64,000 bases of DNA, from NCBI GenBank assembly GCA_002269645.1, contig NIVC01000606.1, forward strand, positions 62,001 through 126,000, read 5' to 3'. This stretch comes from Macrostomum lignano. Lineage: Eukaryota. Below are positions 55,321 through 64,000 of this stretch, piece after piece. The translations under genes and the position numbers were made by a program. How positions within the stretch are numbered: position 1 is the first letter of the stretch; each line of letters opens with the position of its first letter. Below the pieces are notes generated by a model, which did no database searches, was not told the origin of the DNA, and worked only from the letters and a program-made list of their open reading frames with translations.

Positions 55321-55674
55321 TTTTAGACATGAGAGTGAATACATGTGCGAGCTATATAACTTTTAGATGATGGGAAATTTCGATCTTGTGAGAGCACAAG
55401 TTTGTTTTCGAAACTGATATAAAAATTTCGATGCAGAAAATTACAATATTAATCGACAGTTTTCTGACCTCCGGAGCGAGACAGTTTGATTGACGCGACA
55501 TCAACGAAACGGAACGAACTATTGAAATCTGTCAATTACTATATAGTTCAAATATAACTTTATTGCATAGCAACTATTTACATGTAATCCCAGCTTGAAA
55601 AAGTACAATAGTGTATGCGTTTTCACTATTTTATTTCATTTTTAGAATAAGTTGTGAGCGAGAGACATAAATAT

Positions 55675-56135
55675 GCCAGTCCGGAATCTGCGCGCTTGTG
55701 CCAGTCCGGAATCTGCGCACTTGGGCCAGTCCGGAATCTGCGCGCTTGTGCCAGTCCGGAATCTGCGCGCTTGTGCCAGTCCGGCAGTCCAGAATCTGCG
55801 CGGTTGTGCCAGTCTGGAATCTGCGCACTTGGGCCAGTCCGGAATCTGCGCGCTTGTGCCAGTCCGGAATCTGCGCGCTTGTGCCAGTCCGGCAGTCCAG
55901 AATCTGCGCGCTTGTGCCAGTCCGGAATCTGCGCGCTTGTGCCAGTCCGGCAGTCCAGAATCTGCGCGCTTGTGCCAGTCCGGAATCTGCGCGCTTGTGC
56001 CAGTCCGGCAGTCCAGAATCTGCGCGCTTGTGCCAGTCCGGCAGTCCAGAATCTGCGCGCTTGTGCCAGTCCGGAATCTGCGCGCTTGTGCCAGTCCGGC
56101 AGTCCAGAATCTGCGCGCTTGTGCCAGTCCGGAAT
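55675..56135. repeat. 25/33-bp compound minisatellite (CCGGAATCTGCGCGCTTGTGCCAGT)
   Basis: Visible; two unit lengths alternate. Confidence 0.95.
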
Positions 56136-57333
56136 CGCAGAAAATCAAACAAAAACTCAAAAATTATTCAGTCTTAGTTCCATAACTTGAAACCTGAATT
56201 GCCAGCAGTAGATTTCATTATTTGTTGTATTTGGCAGAAAATTACTGACATTAGTAATTAATAAAAAGCACGAATTCAAATAACGTCACGCATGCAGAAA
56301 GTTGAAACATGGCATTGGCGCAGAACACTCAGTGGTTGAAAAATGGGCAACTGATATTGACTAAAAAGCAAGGTTTTTGGGGAAACAGCAATAGATTAAA
56401 TTTTACAAAAATTCTCTGGCACGACTTGAATTCAATGTTCCGGCTACTTGTAAAATTTATCCTTACTGGCTACTCTTAGTACTGACATGAGTAGTTCATT
56501 TTAGAATTGGAAGTATTTGCTGTAACAGCTTGAAGCAGTTTAAATCATGCCCTTAAATTCATGCTCACACGCTGAGGATATTATGATGAGGATATTAAAC
56601 ATGTGTACAGATCAAAATAATAAAACAAGGGCAAATTAATAAATAAACAGTAGAGTGGCACTTTCAGGAACATGCAGCAGGCGTATTGTGTACGGTTTAG
56701 AGTCAATCGCACAAGTAGTAAAGTATGCAAATTCTTTGCGTTTTGAGTTCACTTTAAACTGAAAAAACCGACCCAGCTCATTGCATTGAAAATTCAATGA
56801 GGAAAAAACGGTAACATGATAAATGGCAGAAACACCAGCCTTGTGTAGCTCGCATACTTTAAAGATTGGAATTTGCCTGGCGGATGAGATAAAGCCGGCG
56901 CATTAAAGGAGATTTCAAAAACATAAAAGGATGAGCTAATAATGCAATGTAAGGTGTTTGACAATTGTACGTTAAGTTTAGGGTTGCTAGGCGACTGACT
57001 ACTTGACTATTCTGCTAAGAATTAACCAGTAAGTTTCCATTGTATTCCTTTGGGACGGAGTTCCCCATAAGTTGGCTGTTAGAACCTGTTTTAAGTCAAC
57101 CACATTGCACCTAAACGCAGGAATGCCTTCATTTTAAAAGCTCAACTTGTGTTGTCATCGACTCATCGTGTTAACATCTCGATCAGTGGATCAAAAGGGC
57201 GTCGAGGTGAATAGGGAATTCGTTGAGAAAAGTTGTACACCTAAATAGAGGATGCTTGGAGCGTGGTTGAAGCCAAGAGTTTGACATGATTGACAACCAG
57301 ATTGATTTTCCGCTGTAGTTGTTTGACACTTTT

Positions 57334-57748
57334 ACTACTTTCTGTTTCTGTTCTGTAACAATGAAGAATACATAAGGTTTTATAAGAATTTTATAAGAAT
57401 AAAGGCAGCTGAGATGACTTTGATAAGTTGAGAAGCCAAGCTTGCGGACGTACTCGTAAACAGCTTGCTGATTGGTTCAGCAATAATGTACATTAGCCAA
57501 TAGATAGATACGTGGCAGATTTAGGCTGGAACAACCGAGGAAGGCAATAAAAATTGGGTGGCGGGGCAGGGGTAAGAGGTTCCGTGTGTAGTTTAAGGGT
57601 TTAGGCTTTGGGGGGTAAGATTTACGAGCCAATAAATGAGCCTTGTCTTTGAAAATATATTAAAATGCTTTGTTTAACTTACTACTGAACAGAAAGTAGC
57701 TTACATGCAAATGTGCTGAGTGGCCCATCTAGTTATTCTGGTATCTGT
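57334..57748 (-). mobile_element. Long-TIR MITE family, copy 2 (inverted, one end eroded)
   Basis: Reverse-complement match to 30728-31178 and 60105-60536. Confidence 0.75.
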
Positions 57749-57929
57749 AAACCGACTAGAAGAAACTTTTCTGATCTAAATAAAACGTAAATTTTTAATT
57801 TGCCACACAGCAGGCAAGATATTGATTTTTTGGGGTCAGGTACACTATGCACTTTAGCAAGCTCAATGCGAATCATTCAGTGAAGTTGAAATTTTATAAG
57901 CTATGAGCACCAATCGGCTGAGGAGCGGC

Positions 57930-59332
57930 TCACAGCGCGGTGCTGGAAGTGTCCGCAGACGGGGCCACCGGGGCCGCCCCAGCGTCCTCCTCCATCAGCG
58001 GGGCCGACGGCTCAGCGAAGAAGACGCTCGCCCGGCTGTTGTGCTTCTCGTCTGCGCCGGCGCCGCTGTTACTCCGACGACGTCGCCGCTTGCCGATGGT
58101 GCCGACGGCGCCGTTCGGTGACATCGCGGCGATGCTGCTGTGGCTGACGTTCAACGCGATGGCATCGCCGATGTCTGTTGGATTGCGCAGGTCCAGGTGT
58201 GAGTACTGAGTCTTGAACTCGCCGTAGAGATCGGCGCAGATCTCCGTGGTGATGACGTCACCGCAGTTCAGCGCCATCATGTGCAGCACCAGGGCGCCAT
58301 CGTGGCGCAAAAATTTCGTCACAAAATTTTCCACAACCGGCCGCTCGTCGTCCTTGTTCTTCTGGGATAGCTTCTCGGCCAGGAACAGGTACTTCTTGAA
58401 TAGGCGGCTGCGCTGGTGGCTGAGCAGCCGGTAGCACCATAGAGCAACGCTGAGTAGCGTCAGCACGAGCACAACCACGTACCAGAACCACAGGAAAATG
58501 AAGATCTTCTCGTGGATCATGTTGACTGGCAGGGCGCACTGGGCGAAGATGTACTGCGCATCGGCTGTCTGGCGAGTCTTGATGGCGCAGGCGCCGCTCC
58601 GGGGGAACAGGCCCGTGTCCTGCCAGTCGCGGCCCTGCGCCAGCTCCGACAGCAGGTCCAGCCCGAAGGTGGACGTCAGCCACAGCAGGGAGCCGCTGTA
58701 AGACCGCGAGCTTTTCACCTGCAACACGTGGCACATGAGCAGCAGCTGGCAAATCAGGTTGACAATGTAGGCGCATTTGATGACGAAGTAGCAGAACACC
58801 AGCCAGGTGCCCAGTCGCTTGGAGGCCACGCAGCAGGACAGGAAGCCGTACAGCCGGCGCCTGGTCTGCTTCATCGGGCTGCTGCTCAGCTCGCGAGTGT
58901 TGAACAGCCACAGCTCCAGCTGGCGGGTCACATGACCTCTGAGCTTCTCCCGCTTCTCGCCGTCTGCCCGGCCGGCGTCGCAGGCGACCCGCACCAGTTG
59001 GAACAGGTCTGTGCCGGCACGCTGGGTCACCAGCAGCTGCCAGGTGAATCGCGGAATGCAGAAAATGATGCCCTGAACGCCCAGCAGGAACGGCAGCCAC
59101 TGGTAATAGTAGATCTTTCTGCTGCGGAACTCTTCGTCCCAGTAGGCTTTGGTGTTGTCAATTTTGAAATCCTCTAGCGGGACATTGTAAGTTCCCTCCG
59201 TGTAGCAGTAGTTGTTGACGTAGGCCGACTGGCCCTCGTGGGAGCCGACGATGTTGGGGAGATAGCAGAAGATGGGATTCAGAAAGTAGGTCTTGATGGT
59301 GGTGGCGCAGCTGAACACCATCAGGAAGCAGA
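57930..59332 (-). CDS. inx: Innexin paralogue B, exon 2
   Basis: TTCCAG| PIFCY..YVNNYCY, YYYQWLPFLL, FPRSGAC..QCALPVNMIHEKIFIFLWFW. Confidence 0.95.
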
Positions 59333-59739
59333 CTGGAATTTGGAGTTAGTTATGGGGATTTTTAGGCTTAGGACGCGTTTTTTGGCTGGGGCCTTTACCC
59401 CAGACCCGAACAAAGGCACCAAGAAGCAATAAAGTCCTCGGGCTCCTACTTTTAGACCATAGACAATAGTCAATAGACAAAAATATTGGTATTATGAACG
59501 TGCCACGCAGAGTTTCAGTCTAATTTCAGTGAAAGACTTTTGTCTATGGTCGAAGCTATACATTGGCTCTCTCTCTCTGTTCTGTTAGCTAATCTCGGTA
59601 CTCTCTGGTCATACTACCAGATTCGGTATGGGGCCATGGGGGCGAACCCCCCCCCCCACCCCACTTAAAACAGTACCATAATGCGCACGCTTGGTGTCAA
59701 TTAGTAAGTCAATTTGTATAATTTTGCAGTACCGCTCAC

Positions 59740-59839
59740 CTGTGAACAGACAGTTTAACCTGTCCGCAAAATCGTCCAAGCCCACATGCGTGAGCAACTC
59801 CATCTTGCCAGCTGCCGAGATGAAGTCGTGTACAACCAT
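59740..59839 (-). CDS. inx: Innexin paralogue B, exon 1
   Basis: MVVHDFISAAGKMELLTHVGLDDFADRLNCLFT G|GTGAGC; same 100-nt phase-1 exon as paralogue A. Confidence 0.92.
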
Positions 59840-60104
59840 TTTTGCAGCTGTTGGTAGTACTCGGTGCCGAATAGATAATTAATTACGAATTTTATTGACT
59901 TAGGCGGTGGTTGGGGTTTCTCAACCAATCAGAGAGATGATGTACAAGGGAGCGATGAGTAGCTGATGCCGGATGAATCGGGACGAAGTGAAATTGTTGC
60001 GAACAAAAATGGCTTGATGATTGATCTGAAATTGCAATTGAGACAGAGGTTGGGCGAAAGCATGATTTTTTATTTCCTGGAGCTGAGACACTGCAGAAGT
60101 CAAC

Positions 60105-60536
60105 CACAGATACTATAATAGCTAGATGTGCCTCAGCACATTTGCGTGTAAACTACTTTCAGTTCAGTAGTAAGTTAAACAGAAAAGCATATGTATTCTT
60201 AAAGTCAAGGCTCATTTATAGACTCTTACCCGCAGCTTAAACCCTCCAACCGGCGCCTGTCCACGCTACCCCCTGCCCCAATTTTTATTGCCTTTCTCGG
60301 AATTCCAGCCTAAAGCTTCCATGTACATTTGAGTGGACTGGCTAATGTACATTACTGCTGAACCAATTAGCAAGTTGTTTACGCCTGCAAGCTTGGGCTT
60401 CTAAACTTATCAAAGTCATTTCAGCTGCCTTTATTTTTATAAAATAGCTTTTTTATTCTTCTTTGCTACTGAACTGAAAGTAGAAAGCTGTTTTTTAAGT
60501 ATATGCCTGAGATTGGCCTATCTAGTTATTTTAGAA
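60105..60536 (+). mobile_element. Long-TIR MITE family, copy 3
   Basis: Direct alignment with 30728-31178 over the full body. Confidence 0.8.
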
Positions 60537-61204
60537 CTAAATGCGGGAGGTGTGGGGGCGGCGACCCTACCCAACAACTAAAGTATATATGGTATACTCG
60601 TTGCCCAATAAGCTTCTTACGCTCGTAGTTTTTTAATTTAGGCTAAATACATAAACAATAAAAACACAATAGCCATCGTCCCACCTTTGAAGACGACAGC
60701 GTCTTCATTCACTAGTTATTTTAGAAGCTGTGAAATCAACTAAAAACCTGATTTTCCTACTTCAAATAGATAAGCGTTTTTTTAGAATTTCAGATAAAAA
60801 AATTCTATTTTTAGAACCAGCCAATCAATACACGGCAAGTCCAAAAAAGCATGGCCGACACAAAATGACCGATGTCCCTCCCCTCTGACGAAACACAGTT
60901 TACTCTGCGCATGCTGGGTGGGTTAGCACCGAACCGAGTTGCTTGTAGCGTTTACTAAAGCCTCCATGAGAATTCTCGACTTGGCCCATGTGCTTGTGGT
61001 GTGGAGTAGTTTTTTTGCAGTTGTGCATTCCGAGAGGCGCGCCTCAGCGTGTTTTTGCAATATTTTGTAAGGCTCGCTGCATCGTACGCAGAGCAAGATG
61101 CTCACGTGTCAGTCAGTCTGTCCACTCCACATGCTGCTCGTGTATGTGTGTGTAATGTGTGCCCGATGCCCTCACTCGGCATCAGAGTAGGTTGTTACAT
61201 GCCG

Positions 61205-61545
61205 AATATCTCCAGGGGACACGAGAGGGGGAGAGGCCAAGAGGGGGACACGGGAGGGGGAGAGGCCAAGAGGGGGACACGAGAGGGGGAGAGGCCAAGA
61301 GGGGGACACGGGAGGGGGAGAGGCCAAGAGGGGGACACGAGAGGGGGAGAGGCCAAGAGGGGGACACGGGAGGGGGAGAGGCCAAGAGGGGGACACGAGA
61401 GGGGGAGAGGCCAAGAGGGGGACACGGAGGGGGAGAGGCCAAGAGGGGGACACGGGAGGGGGAGAGGCCAAGAGGGGGACACGAGAGGGGGAGAGGCCAA
61501 GAGGGGGACACGAGAGGGGGAGAGGCCAAGAGGGGGACACGGGAG
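61205..61545. repeat. 29-bp G-rich minisatellite (GAGGGGGAGAGGCCAAGAGGGGGACACGR)
   Basis: Visible; continues in diverged form at 62207-62470 after the inserted element. Confidence 0.93.
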
Positions 61546-62206
61546 CAAGGACAACTTAAGTAGAAGGACGCAACACTCGAAATCTATGGTACGCTCGTAA
61601 ATGTTTTGAAGGCAACTTTTCGCCGAAAAATACACTACAGAGATAGGAGGTTCTAATTTTTTCAGCACAAAAATTGTTATTGCTTTTGATGGGAGGCAGA
61701 CCCAGTGTTCATCTTTTGATATGTTGTGCCTTTCCTATTGCTCTATCGATAGTCATGAAACTATTCATAATATTCATATATCTGTCACTTGAAAAAACGT
61801 TTAAAATAATGACAAGACCAATTTAACATGAAAATCGATTAATGCGTCGTTAGAGCAGCATGTGAGGCACAAAATAGTGTGATTAGGACTTTCTGACACT
61901 GTTAAGAGACCCAATCACTGTTTTAGTGTTGAAAATCGTGAAATTTCCTATCTCCGTAGTGCATTTTTCCGGTGAAACCTGCCTTTAAAACAATTTCTTA
62001 ACGAAAAGCTTTTTTAAGAATATCGATAAGAGCAATAAGAAAGGCGCAAAATATCAAAAGATGAACACTGGATCTGCCTCCCATCAAAAGCAATAGCAAT
62101 TTTTGTGCTGAAAAAATTAGAACCTCCTATCTCTGTAGTGTATTTTTCGACATTTACCAGATTTCGAGTGTAGCGTCCTATATATATGTTACTTGAGTAG
62201 TCCTTG
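61546..62206. mobile_element. Foldback MITE with P-superfamily-like ends
   Basis: TIR starts CAAGGAC(A/T)ACT(T/C)AAGTA and extends to ~200 bp, with a near-identical core at 61624-61750 vs 62024-62150; perfect 8-bp TSD CACGGGAG. Confidence 0.85.
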
Positions 62207-63544
62207 CACGGGAGGGGGAGAGGGAGACACAGAAGGGGGGAGGGGGACACAGGAGGGGGAGAGGTGGACACGGGAGGGGGACAGTCGGTACGGGAGGGGG
62301 AGAGAGGGGGACACGGGAGGGTGAAAGGGGGGCTAAGAGCCGGAGAGGGGGACACGAGAGGGTGGGATGGAGGGAGACAGTCGGTAAGGTAAGGGAAGAC
62401 ATGAGAGCGAGAGGGGGAGAAGGAGATACAGTAAAGTGAGATTGTGAGAAGGGAGAGTCTGGGAGACACAGTAGGGTGATGGTCAAGGAGGGAAACGTGG
62501 CTTATATGGATTATACAAACTAATCATAAGATTTTTGACAAAGAACAATAAATTGCTCGTAATCATCAGTGTCAACTATTTCACATTTTAACACAGGAAC
62601 TTTAGTTGCAACTCTTCCATTCAGAGGCAAAACAATACAATACACATCCTAATCCCATTGTTTTGACTTTCGATAAAGTGAGCAAAGTTAATTCACAATG
62701 TAAAAAATTAACAATAAGAACAACAATAGAATGAGAAAGACAAAGCTCATTGTACTCACCGTAGGTTCCAATAAGTCACGTGGGTTCGTTGATGAGGCTG
62801 AGAAGCAGCAGTGCTACCGTCAGTGCGCGAACGCAGCTCATTCTTCTGGGCTCAAACTTCCCCAATGCGCTTTCAAAAAGCCAGCTGAGACTGCATTATC
62901 AAATGCATCTCAATTTTCGTTTAGTATTAACAGGAAGAATCTGGATTTGAACAAAGACTAAGGTTGGTCTGGAGCTTGCTTTGTTAACGAAATTCTCCGT
63001 TTTCCTGGTCTGTCTGAGCCACTTTATACCCACTAAAGGTTATATTATAGGTTCTACCAATGCCATAGTAGTTTTCCTTCCCCTGGCCGGGCCTTCTCTC
63101 GTTGGTTGATGCATCGCGCAGTATAACTAATGTAAGCATCGTCCAATGCCCAATGCAGACTGAGGCCCACCTCACACTGCGCATGAATCACCCTGAACAT
63201 TCTGAACCTGAATGTACAGCTAAACTGATGATGAACGCCCCATATGTCCCCCCCTATGCTGGGGAAAATTGTGGAGGGAACTGGCAGAACCGAGGGGAAG
63301 ACTTACAGATAAAACAGCATAGTGCGGGGGTCATACCCATACCGGGGGCGAATGAGGACAAGCCTTCAGTCTGGCTTTTTTCCTGAATGACTAAGCAAGC
63401 GGGTTCTAGAAATAAAGAACAAGGCAATGTAAAGGGTCTTAGATCCCACAGTTCTAATTTGGGGAACGTTAAAATTAGGGTTAGGGTTAAAAGCCTTCGG
63501 GACTTTTAAAAGCAATTTCTTAGCAATCCTACCCGCTAGAAGTT

Positions 63545-63845
63545 TGTCTCTTTTTCAGCTCTCTTCTCTCTCATCTCCTCTCTCTTCTCTCTTTTCTCTT
63601 CTCTCTCCTTTCTTCTCCTCTCTCTTCTCTCTTTTCTCTTCTCTCTCCTCATCTCTTCTCTCCTCTCTTCTCTCCTCTCTTCTCTACTCTCTTCTCTCTT
63701 CTCTTCTCTTCTCTCCGCTCTCCGCTCTTCTCTCATCTCTCTTCTCTTCTCTTCTCTCCTCTCTCCGCTCTTCTCTCATCTCTCTTCTCTTCTATCCTCT
63801 ATTCTCTCCGCTCTTCTCTCTTCTCCCCTCTTTTCTCTTCTCTGA
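63545..63845. repeat. CT-rich simple repeat
   Basis: Visible. Confidence 0.95.
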
Positions 63846-64000
63846 GACACTAGGACACTAGGAGGTTAAAGAAGTCCACAATCCAGCAAGAACTTAAAGT
63901 AAACTATAAGGCAGATGTTTAAGCGTCAATATGAGTCACTAGGGAACTGGAATTCTAAACCGGAACTGAAACACGCATGCTGTTCTTACTGTGGAATTTT

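Noticed and set aside
62984-63386. Short ORFs on both strands near the window end
   Set aside because: No recognisable motif, coding bias or clear splice support.

Overview
Eukaryotic (metazoan) genomic DNA, not prokaryotic. The GC3-rich spliced genes, dense minisatellites, TTAGGG repeats, innexins and an FMRFamide-receptor-like GPCR suggest a free-living flatworm such as Macrostomum (inference). Five intact spliced genes can be built with phase-consistent GT-AG junctions: MRPL23 (+, 2 coding exons), MFSD5 molybdate-anion transporter (+, 5 exons, 478 aa), a peptide GPCR (+, 2 exons, 415 aa) and two tandem innexin paralogues (-, 2 exons each). Much of the rest is tandem repeat (including a 4.4 kb TATC array) or transposon-derived: P-element, Gypsy-gag and MULE relics, plus hAT-, MULE- and P-type MITEs with visible target-site duplications. 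The most unusual signal is a ~9.4 kb domain (about 2.4-11.8 kb) containing what looks like a multi-exon minus-strand host gene. It is riddled with C>T/G>A changes: CpG is nearly absent, TpA is in excess, and the in-frame stops are almost all TAA/TAG, while splice sites and reading frames appear preserved. This resembles fungal RIP-type hypermutation in an animal genome. All counts were made by eye; no database searches were run.
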